Shown: positions 50,991-62,435 of the stretch, piece after piece
Layout of the letters: the number at the start of each line of letters is the position of its first letter
Numbering within the stretch: position 1 is the first letter of the stretch
DNA from: Adineta vaga
Lineage: Eukaryota; Animalia; Rotifera
Direction of reading: 5' to 3'
Length of the DNA stretch: 64,000 nucleotides
NCBI GenBank assembly: GCA_021613535.1
Contig: CP075492.1
Location: 15,872,001 to 15,936,000, forward strand
Translations under genes and position numbers: made by a program
The notes under the pieces: generated by a model
The model's input: only the letters and a program-made list of their open reading frames with translations
Told to the model about the DNA's origin: nothing
The model's database searches: none

Positions 50991-51444
50991 TCGTGTGTGA
51001 TGTGATGTGATGGATGTGAATAAAATGTTTCTAAGTGAGAAAAAGAAATTAAAGAATGATTGAACTTATGTTATGATGATATTATGATTATGATAATTTT
51101 ATGTTTTCTTGATATGAATTTGATAAAAATTTTCATATTATTAATGATATTAATGTTTGTTGAAGTTAGAAAAATTAGAAAAACATTCAATAAAATTAAT
51201 TGTGATTATGTTCATTTTATGAGGATGAATGTTTGGTCATGAAGTGAAAAAAACAAATTGACATAATATTCGTGTGTGATGTGATGTTTATGAGCGAGTG
51301 GAATGTTTGGTTCGAAGTGAGCAAAAAATGTATTTATTTTTTGTATGTATTTGATGATTATGATAATGTTTGGTCTATTGTGACAGAAGTTCATTTGTGA
51401 ATGTGATGGTGATGAATTGATGAGGTGATCAGAATGTTTGGTCT

Positions 51445-51948
51445 AAGATCTTAAAGGCGATGATTTTAGATCAAAAGTATTTTTGAATCATCCCCTTCTT
51501 GCTTTGTATCAACTAAGTATGTCCAATATGAATGAGTTTTAAGAAGTATATATGCGTAAAGACGGATGTCGCAGAGAAAAGAATGAAGCATAGGAAACTG
51601 TAAATCAATTCAAGAATAAATTGGTTAGCAAGTGAGATTTTTTTCTATGTTGACTAGAAGCTTTTATCGTTGTCAATAAAGATTTCAATATTTATTTTCG
51701 ATATAATGAATATCTATTACTTCGCTTTCTATTCTCTAGGTAACAGTATAGTTTTTCTTATATGTAGGAGCGAACAAATTGAGGATCATTTTCTATAAAT
51801 ATCACAATTGATACAAGAAATTTCAATACATTAACGACTAATTCTCCCAAATAATAAATCCAATATGAAACAAATTTGACAGGCATTTTACTGTAAAGAC
51901 GCAAAACTCCCTGTTGTAATATTGTATGAAAACTTAACCGTTAATTAT
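51445..51948 (-). repeat. Right arm of the ~505-bp inverted repeat
   Basis: Reverse complement of 47015-47519; ends at a TA followed by a mariner terminus. Confidence 0.92.
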
Positions 51949-52256
51949 TAGGTTGATAAGAAATTTTCTGTGGTTTTTTTCTTCAAAATTTCCTAAAACA
52001 GTCGAGAAAGTTCTAGAAGTTTCATATTAAGGGTATATTAAGGGCATACGGGTGTCTTTCCAATGATAACAGAATCAAGAAGATGGACATCGATTCCGAA
52101 GTAGAAATGAATACATCTCGAGCAGAGCTAAGAGTGCTTCTGCTTCATGAATTCCGTTTCGGTCGTACAGCGCCACATTGATTCCATCGTTGCAAGAACG
52201 GCAACTTCGAACTCGATGATTTACCTCATACCGAAAGACCATTGCAGGTAAATATG
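51948..52256 (+). mobile_element. Mariner element 5' end (TIR and decayed transposase N-terminus)
   Basis: TA|TTAGGTTGATAAGAAATTTTCTGTGGTTTT resembles the TTAGGTTG mariner TIR start; ATG at about 52108 gives MNTSRAELRVLLLHEFRFGRTA..*FHRCKNGNFELDDLPHTERP (mariner HTH pattern WF.RF..G...L.D.P..GRP). Confidence 0.82.
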
Positions 52257-55200
52257 TGTTACGATATGTGTATACTTACACTAAGATCATATCTATCTAT
52301 TTCTTGCATTCTGTCTTTACTTTTTCGTATTCATTCTCTTTCGTGTTTATGTACTAGTCGGTTGTTTATTCTATTCGAACTAGCATATAAATAAACAAAG
52401 GACTGATCATTAACAGTGACGATCCTGCAGTAAATTTATAAACAATTGATTATTTTTTTACTTTACATTTAATTATGACAGTTCATACACGTAATCAAGA
52501 TGAATCAAATAATGATACTGATCCTCAATCTATTGAACAAGTTACACATGAATCTAATCCAAATTCTTTATCATTAACAAATACAAATAATGATAATAAA
52601 CCAGCTACAGCTGATGAATCTTCTGCAGCAGAACGTGATGAAAAACCAGCATGATTAGAAGTACTTCGTCATGATGTGAAATTATTTAATGGTCAACATG
52701 ATGCTCGTCAATGGTTTAGACATATTCATTCAAAATTTTCGGAATTTAATTTAACATTTGATGAACGATTGGAAATCATTCCTTATTTTTTTGAAGATGA
52801 TGTTTTCATTTGGTATACGTTGAATCAAGACAAAATTCAATCATATGCTCATTTATGTCAACTATTTGCTCATGAATATTTCAATCTCGAACAAACTTCT
52901 TGTCCTGATGGCAACGCTAATATCAAACAATCAAATCAATCTTTTTTATTACGTCCACCTGTTGTTGGTAATGAATCTATACATGATGATTTAATAAATC
53001 TTTTAGGTGATAAAGCATTAGCAGCTGGTGATCATGATACACCACTTCATTCACGTGATAATCATTTATCTCATTCAATTTTGTCTACTACAATTGCTAA
53101 AGCATTAGTTGATAAATTTATCAAAGATCCATTAAAATTTGATGCTGGTAAAGAAAATGTTATTACACGGATTGATGAAATTAAACAATCATTTACATCA
53201 AATTTACAACGTGATCTAACATTTGAGAAACTCAAACAATATCATCAAACAGTTCATCAATCAACAACACAATATTATATGGAAATGATTAAATTAATGA
53301 AACAAGCTGATCCACAAATGAATGAATCAACAAAAGATCGATACCTTATGAATGGTCTTCGTCCATCTCTATCTACTGAAACTCGAAGAAATTATCCTGC
53401 AAATCCAGAAACATTTTTAGTACAAGTAAAAATAGCTGAAGAACTTACGGCATTGAATAATACATTTTCCTGCAGTTCTATTAATAATGATGTGTTAACA
53501 TCATCAACTTCTTTTTGTTATTCAAATACAAATGGTTCAACAAGAGAAAATGATTATAATGATTATCGTCGAAATTCCAATGCTGAAAATCATTATCATA
53601 ATGATAATACTAATTATTCTTCTCATGATAATAATCATCATCGATTTTTGAATCAAATTTCGAAATCCTCGTCTTTTAATTCATCTCGTCAATCAGATTC
53701 TGTTAAACCACCACAAAATTTTTCATCATCATATTATAATAATACACATCAAAATAATCGTTTTCAACAACGCCGCCAATCATCTCAACGTTGTTTCAAT
53801 TGTGGTTCTACAACTCATATAGCACGCAATTATCACCATTTCGGGAATCGAAGTCAATGATAGATGGTCTTGACTTCAATAATCCACTGTAACATCCATC
53901 TACTCCTCTAATTTTTATAACCACATGTGTTAATAATAAACAAATGAAACTTTTAATTGATACCGGTGCACAACATTGTTTTATTAATCATACTTATTTG
54001 AAAGATTTTGATCAATTATATTATTCTCATATTACACCTCAACAATTCTTTATGGCTGATGGATTAAATTCGATTAAGGTACATGGTATTGTTCACTTGA
54101 ATATTTCTATAGGTGATCTGATAACATCCATTCCAGCATTTATTTCCAAAAATTTATGCACAGATATCATATTAGGCATGGATTATTTGTTGAAATATGA
54201 TTTAGAAATTTATCCCAAGAAAAAATTGATTACTCTTAATTTTAATAATCAAAAGAGTATGATATCAATGGATTTTGATTTATCATCAACTCATCATTCA
54301 TTACAATTATAAAATTTTGTCAAATCATCACCAATACAACAATTGAATACTCTTTTAACATCAGCAGCTAAAGTTATTCAACAATCTATTTTCAAATTAA
54401 TCAATCATATCTCTCATCAGTCCAATATGATAAACTTCAATCGTTATTATTTAAATTTGAATCTACGTTCGATTCAACAAACTATAGAATTGCACAAACA
54501 GAAATTTCACATTTTATTGAAACAGTTCGTCATACACCACCTGTTTCAAAACCATATCCTGGTAATCCAACAATAAATGCTGAATTAAAAATAATTATTG
54601 ATAAATTACTTGATGCCGGACTTATACGTATTTCACAATCATCGTATGCAGCTCCAGCACTTTTAGTGAAAAAGAAAAATCAAAGTTGGAGATTAGTCAT
54701 TGATTATAAGAAGCTCAACTCTGTTACAATAAAAGACAATTATCCATTACCAAATATGGAAATTACTCTTCAATCTTTAGGTGCAGGATATTCGTATTTC
54801 TCCACATTTGATTTAAAATCTGGTTTTTGGCAATTTCCAATTAATCACAACGATTGTGCTAAAACAGCTTTTATTACACCATTCGGATTGTTTGAATGGT
54901 TGGTATTACCACAAGGTCTTCGTAATTCACCACCAACTTTCCAACGTACCATGAACAACGTTTTATCTTCCTGTGTTGATTTCTCTTTGATCTATTTGGA
55001 TGATATTATCGTCTTTAGTCGTACTTATGATGAACATTTAAACCATATTGAAAAAGTTTTATCCGCTTTGAAATTACATAATTTAACATTAAATCTTGAA
55101 AAATGTGAATTAGCAAAAGAAAAAATTGAATATCTAGGTCATGTAATTTCATCAACAAATATTACTCCATTGCCTTATCGAATTAAATCAATTAGTTCAT

Positions 55201-56900
55201 TACCAGAACCTAAATCTTTAGCTCAAGCAAACCGTTTTATAGGATCATTATCGTGGTACAGAAAATTTATTCCTGCATTTGCATCAATTGCTGCACCAAT
55301 TCATGCTGTAACTAATCTTTCAAAATCTAATCGACACAAATTCAAATGGGGATCAGAACAATCAAAATCCTTTTATGCTTTAAAACATATGTTAACATCA
55401 TCTCCACTTTTCTTAAATTTTCCTGATGATACAAAACCAATAATTCTATCGACAGATGCATCTCAAGTCGGATTAGGTGGTATACTTTATCAAGAGATAA
55501 TGATGAAAAAAGAATACTTTACTACCATTCTGAATTACTGAATTCAAGTCAAAAACGATATCTTCCTATGGAACTTGAAGCATTAACAATCTTCAAATGT
55601 TTTACTCGAATGAAGTCTTTTTTACTTGGTCGTGATATAATTATTTACACTGATAACTGTCCGATTTGTCATATGATGGAAAAGAAAATCTTAAATAGAC
55701 GTGTTGAAAAGATTTCGATTTTACTTCAAGAATTTAATATTCAAAAGATTATACATGTTAAAGGAAAATACAATTGTTTACCAGATTATCTCTCACGACA
55801 TCCTATTGTAGCTGATGATGAATTAATTGATCATGATTATGGTTTAGGTTTTAAAAAAGAAATCTTCTCCTATTCAATTACTTGGTGCTGTGGTGACTCG
55901 ATCGAGATCTAAAGTAACAACACAACTTATACCATCATCAACAACACCATCTTCACCACAAGTTATACCATCTCCATCATTACCTGCAAATGATTTTAAT
56001 TATTCAAATCCTGATGGAAAAGATTTCGATATTACTAAGTTAGAAGAACATCAACAAAAAGATAAACAAATTCAAAAGATCATTCATGAATTAAAAGAAA
56101 ATTCAAATATATCTTATGATTTTCAAGATGGAATCTTATATAAACTAGTACCTATTCCAAATGGAAAGACTAAACGTAAATTATTTTATATTCCATCAAC
56201 AATGATCAAAGCATTACTTATTTCTTATCATGATAATCCTTTAATTGGTGGTTATTTTGCAACTCGAAGAACATTAGAAAAACTTAAACAACAATTTTGG
56301 TGGCCTGAAATGAAACAAACAGTTATTGATTATATTAAATCTTGTATTCATTGTCAAGCTTACAATGTTACTCGACAAAAATCTCCCGGTTTTCTTAATC
56401 CAACATCACCACCTGATGGTCCTAATCAATTACTTGGAATCGATTTTTGTGGTCCATTCCCAATAACACCACAAGAAAATAAATACGTTCTCTGTCTTAC
56501 TGACTATTTCACTAAATTTATTGTTGCTGTTGCTTTACCAACATGTTCTGCTGGTGTTACAGCTTCAATTTGGTGTACCTAAAAGAATCATTTCAGATCA
56601 AGGTACAAGTTTTAAGAACAATCTAATGTATTCATTATCAAAATTAATCGGTTACCATCATATATTTTGTACTCCTTATAGACCACAATCTAATGGAGCA
56701 ATTGAACGATTTAATGGAACATTTGTTACTCAAATCGCAAAATTAACAGATAATGAAACAAATAACTGGGATGAATATTTATAGCCGATTGTATTCGCAT
56801 ACAATACAGGTGTTCATTCCACAACAAATATTTCACCATATGAACTTACATTTGGTCGACAAGCAAATCGTCCAACTGATCCTCCAGTAACAACATCTGC
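52257..56900 (+). mobile_element. Second, decayed Ty3/gypsy LTR retrotransposon, 3'-truncated
   Basis: 159-bp LTR TGTTA...TAACA (52257-52415); PBS TGACGATCCTGC (tRNA-Arg-like, one mismatch); gag 52475-53860 with a premature stop; pol pieces with LIDTGA, WRLVIDYKKLN, YLDD, TDAS, IDF, SDQG, NGAIER spread over several frames. Confidence 0.92.
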
Positions 56901-56914
56901 CAAGGGGAACAAAG

Positions 56915-57005
56915 TGATTTCAAGAATTCATGATTTTAATGATTTCAGACGATTTCAGGTGATTTCAATGATTTCATGTGATTTCATGTGATTTCAAGAG
57001 ATTTC
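56915..57005. repeat. Subterminal ~10-bp TGATTTCAnn repeats
   Basis: About 9 copies of (T)GATTTC(A) just inside the CAAGGGG terminus. Confidence 0.8.
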
Positions 57006-57239
57006 TATTGCTCTTTAGTAATGATCAAATATTGCTTTTTCTTTGTTTTCTTGAATGAATTGTAAAATGACTACTATTAGTATAATTAGGCGAAATGGTA
57101 CCTCTTTAAAAGTAATATAAACGAAATTATAAACAATTGATTAATTTATTTTTATTAGATCAGTTGAAATCAACAAATGAATAAATAATGATATATCCTA
57201 TATTTATAAAACACAAAACAAGAAAAAGACATTTTTAAT

Positions 57240-59679
57240 CGGCCTTGCACTCGATTACATCGATCAGCAGATAATGAAACTTTATCTTTTTCTAAAGTCC
57301 AGCAAGCTGCTTGCGTAATATTATTTTTTCAGATGTGATGAAGAAATTATGAGAATCTTCTTTGATATTGATAATTATTGAATTATAAATATGTTTGCCT
57401 TTAGACATATTGTCACAAATTCGGAATTTATTGAATCATTTGTAACATTATCTTCAGTGGAAGTACGATTATTTTGTGATTCGTTATCTGCTTTCACACT
57501 TAGACTATGAACATTGGCAAGTTCATCGGACCAAAATCTATCCAAATATCGCGAGATGGCGTCACTCACCTGCGAAATCGATATGATTTGCCCATTCGGT
57601 GAAAGTTGCTTGATTTTTAATGGACTAAAAAGTTTAATTGTATATTCATAGGCTTCAGAAACTTTTTTCTCAATATTTGTTATTGTAAGCTTAGCTAAAT
57701 CTGATGGATTTGGAATATTTCGATTAGTTTTTAATAATTTATGATGTTGTGAGAAATGAAGATTATTCTTATTCGATTCACATTTGATTTTTTGTAGGAC
57801 TGATGTTTTATTGATCCGATTAAGAAATTGTGATGCAGTGAAATTAACATCTGATGAAAAATACCAATATCATCAACAGTTCGAAATTTCACAATCTGCA
57901 TTTTGTAGAAACTGAAGAATTCAATTGAAGTTTCAGAAACAGCATAGCTAAGTATATCAAACAATGTGCATTGATTTCAATGCAAAAATGAGACTGATAT
58001 GTAATGATATATTGACCTTTGATTTGGCATTCGTTGTTTTCAAATATGTCAGATTGACAAACTTGTGAATATGTTAAATCAAGTTCTTTTTTATCCATAT
58101 CGTTGATCCATACGAACCAAAGACGAAAAATGAATACTGTTATCCATGCAAAATAAATTCGATCCAAATAATCAGTTTCCTTCTCAATATAAGCCAAGCG
58201 AACACACTTTATTGCCTAAAAATAAAAACACTGTTATTTATTTGTATACAGGATTTTTCTAAGATAATTAAAGAATTCAAATTTGCTTTATTCATTTCTT
58301 GATAATAATCATATCAGATGTACGCCTTTCGACTTTCCAAACTGTATTTAGAAATTCAGAATCTCTCATTTTAAAAAATTTGATTAATTTTCTGTATATC
58401 TCGTTTTATTAATATAGCTACATGCAGAATCAAAAACTGAAATTGTTTTTTCTGTGGATTGCTACATCTATAATATAAATTGTTTTGACATCATATGGAA
58501 ATTTTATCATTAGATATTTTACACAAACGATAATTTGTGGTTTGGATTAACATCAGAATACACCAATGAATGATCAGTTTGAATATTATCAATCAAATAT
58601 AGTAACAATTATTAATTGATCCAAAAATTTTTCACAGATATCTGTTTGAAGTTTTGATCAAATATGAATATCTAAGCAAATATAAATTTTCATCTGCATG
58701 AAATACCAACACCACTTTTGTGGAAGATCAATTGCATACAAATTTGGATGATCGTCATAAGCAAAATTGGCAAAAAACCTAATGACGTACGCATCGCATG
58801 CAGGTAACGACTGTCGCAATCAGTCGCGCGAACCCAAGAATATGAATACCTTTCGATTTAAGTGTAAAAATAAATTTGATACCAATATTACATCGAAATT
58901 TGAATTTTTTCGTACCAATGCAAGAAATTGATTACATGAAGAAGCAGAAATTTGATAACAAGCATTTATTTTAACAATACCATTGTCAAGACAAACAAAA
59001 TCTGTTTGATAAAATTTGTGATAGATCCATTATTATTTAGTGGAAGAGAAAAACCTACGAATTTATTTGATTTTGCAGGTATGTTCAACCGCACGAGCTC
59101 ATATGCAGTACGACCACCGAGTATGTATAAACTTGTTGCAAATTCACGTACGACAGTCTCATAACGAAAACCTCTTTCTTGTGTAACTAAGTTGGTAATC
59201 ATGTTATTTAAAATGATATGGAAAAAAGTAAAGTCATGTTTGCTTCTTGAGATTAGACTAGAATATAGAATCATTGTTTTAATAAATGGAAATTTTTCTA
59301 AAAGATATTCTGGTACAATCAGATCGAAAGATTTGTTTTTGTGATCAATAGTTAATAATGAATGGTGTTGATTAAGTTTTCGAAGAGCATCAAGAAATTT
59401 TTCTGTCTTAATTATTAAACCTTTTTTCACTACGAATTGACCATTATTAAGGAAGATTCCTGTTTTTTTTCGTGATGGAATAAGTTCATCTGAATTCAGT
59501 TTCAGGAAATCAAATATATCATTAATTTCAAGAAGACAAGCGGTTGATGAGATATCTTGTGCTTGAATAATTTCAAGAACAACAGTGCCACAATGCTGTT
59601 CGACTAAATTATAAAATGGTTCGTCACAATATGACAGTACTTATTTGGTCAAATAAAAAGAAGATGCAATATTCGACAT
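57240..59679 (-). pseudogene. P-element/THAP9-like transposase, many stops and frameshifts
   Basis: RGFRYETVVREFATSLYILGGRTAYELVRLNIP, FVGFSLPL, DRIYFAWITVFIFRLW, FCIEINAHCLI, and C-terminal ACWTLEKDKVSLSADR..RV. Confidence 0.65.
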
Positions 59680-60290
59680 GATGAATTGTTTTTCTAAAAA
59701 AATATTTTGATAATCACAATACAAATATTCAAATGTAAAGGATACAAACAAAAGAAAATCTTTTTTATAGCTAGAATAATCTCGTATATGTTTTTCAAAG
59801 AAAATCAGATTAATTTAGCCCGTTTTCTCGTTATGTTGAATGTTCAAATGATTATGTGTCAGGATCGCCATCTATTTATAGTAGATGGACGATCCTTTCG
59901 TTTCTTTTGTTGTTTTTCTTTCTATTGGATTATATTTTCTATATATGTTTTGTTTTTTGTTGTTGTTTTTTTTTCTAACCTGAAATAAAGGTGGTCGAAG
60001 ACCAAAATTTCAAAAGGGTGTCGTTTTCTTCCTCTTTCCTTTTTCGTCAACGTTTAGTTCGGATCCTAACATTATGTTTCATCAGTTTTGATGGTACGTA
60101 CCTTTTTCGCAGCCGAAATACCATTCATTTCGTATCTAAGTATGAATACTTTGAAAAGAAATATATAGACAAAATTCTTATTTTTTTATTTTTCAAAAGT
60201 TCAAACAGAAATCACTTTCACAATTAAAATATCACAATACAAGATACGAATATTGAAATATAAATAAAACCTAATGATTTCACAGAAAAT

Positions 60291-61371
60291 TTACAGATCA
60301 TTCTTCTTTTTGTTTACTGTTGATGATTGAATCACTCGATTTCTTTTTCGTTTTTGAAGTGATGTTTGAACATAGGAATTTGAATTCAAAACTGGTTGTG
60401 TTGTCGGATTCCCCGATGCATTTGTAATAACGAGTGAAGAAATGACATCATCATCTGGAACCAAATGAACATCATTTAATTTTTCTTGAACCATGATACA
60501 GGGATTTTGATTTGTTAAATGGCGAATAAAATTCGACAACTAAAGAAATAGCAAAAATAGTTCATAACAATATTTTTCTAAGTCATTCTTTGCGAAAGGT
60601 ATCTCAAGAACTATTATAGATAGAAGCTAATTTCTTTTATAATTACCAGCAAGACAAATCAAGTGCTTGAAGTAAAAAAATCAATTGTTATAAAAATCAA
60701 GATACTTACAATAAAGTTATTGTCTTTTGTACCTAACGAAGACGTTGAACCGCATTTACATTTAATAAACACTTTGTTTGCGGTAACATTAATAACAATT
60801 TCATAATCAATCTTTTCTTGAAATTTCAGAATTTGCTGATGACCGTTTCTGTTGTGTTTCGTTTTCTTACACCATTCGTTAAGCGATTCAATTATATATT
60901 GTTTTATTTTTTCTTCAGCTTGCAGATTCACATTTGACATGGTAGTTAAATTTGTCGATGTATCAGCAAATACATCTGTAGAATTATTTATTAATAAATT
61001 GCTTGGAGATGATATGTTTGACACAAGAATATGAGAAGATAATTTTCTTGCATCTTTTTTTAATTGGTTGTATTTTTTTGATAAATTAGTTTTTAATATA
61101 TTCATTTTGCCCCGAATACCAGGAAGAACACTAAATGAATTATCATTCAATTTAATACATGTTTTCTTTTTCAAGTCGAGTAAATCATTGGAATCGAGGT
61201 AATAATTTCAAATGGATCATCGCATGCCATTAAACAATCGACATTGTTTATATCTTGCAATTCAAGTAAAGATGGGAGTTTTTCCCCAGCATATTTTTTA
61301 ATAAAATCGAAGAATTGATCGTCTTCTAATTTCATAATATTATCAGGTATAATAAAATTTTTGTTCAGCAT
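60291..61371 (-). pseudogene. Accessory ORF of the P-like element, with a BED-like zinc finger; one intron, one frameshift
   Basis: Pieces 61171-61371, 60710-61200 and 60291-60539; GT-AG intron 60540-60709 gives KCKCG...FILSNFIRHL....C. Confidence 0.6.
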
Positions 61372-61619
61372 GGTTGAATCGATGGAAAGAAAACGAAACG
61401 AACTGATGGATTTGATAATGAATAAGGTTCGTCACAGAAACAAAAATAAAAATGAACAAATAAGACGAATTCTTTCTTTCTGTTGGAATGAATGAGAAAG
61501 AGAATTCAGTAAGGATGTTAAGATTTCCTTTTTTCATATAAGACAAAAAAATGACAAGATCATTCAACAATCTATTATTGTAATAATTTGAGAGTTGAAA
61601 TCTGGCACTTTCATATCAC

Positions 61620-62435
61620 TACAATATATTAAATTCATTCTTCCACACTTTTGACGGAGTCAAATCGAATTACATTATAGGGATGACTGTATTCATAAAT
61701 CGGTTTCATTCGAAGAATGTTATCCACTGTAAGATGATGAATATTGTATGTGCCCGCATCGTTGACTTCCAAAAGCGTCCGTGATAGTAATTTCAAATAG
61801 ATAATCGTATGTTGCTGTTGATAGAATTAAAACATGAGGCTTTGTTCCAAGTCGACTATTCAGAACCAGAGCGAGTTTACCAGTATTGTATGACATGCTT
61901 TCAATACGGTCATTCCCACGGCACATAAGAACAGATTTAGACGAGAGAAGGTCAGATAAAGTGTGTCGCGTGAACAAACACAACTCTCGTAGTACTTCCC
62001 TTCAAGTATCTTTTGGTAGTCCATAGTTTGTGGATCCATTATAAATACGTCAAAATTACTAATGATATATATTTGATTGAGTTTGGTATTTCAGCATAGA
62101 TCACTAATTCTTCCAAAACTCCATTCAATTTCTCGAACTATTTTCATTTTTGCATTCAGAAGGCAAATATTTGAACCATTTTGAATTAACATATATTGAT
62201 CATTTGCAGCCATAACGAAAGGGCTATATTCTATTTTCTTGATCATTCTAAACGGTTCACCCAACTCGGATATATCGAGCACTGTGACTTTAAGCGACGA
62301 TGAGGCCGAGCTAAAAGGTGCGGGAATAAAAGCATTTTGAAATAACGTAAATAGACTATGAAGATCTGAACAGTATGCTTCTAAGGCCAAACATGAATTA
62401 GAGTTCATCGGTTTATTCTGATGAGATTTTGGCAA
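61620..62435 (-). pseudogene. Decayed gene fragment with beta-propeller-like character
   Basis: ANDQYMLIQNGSNICLLNAKMKIVREIEWSFGRISDLC* and DRIESMSYNTGKLALVL in broken frames; family not firmly recognised. Confidence 0.4.

Larger units (their letters stand above)
56901..61371 (-). mobile_element. Decayed P-superfamily-like DNA transposon with two ORFs
   Basis: Terminus CAAGGGG (fits CANRG) at 56901 cuts the gypsy integrase; transposase pieces and a second upstream ORF on the minus strand. The other terminus was not found, so the right boundary is uncertain. Confidence 0.65.
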
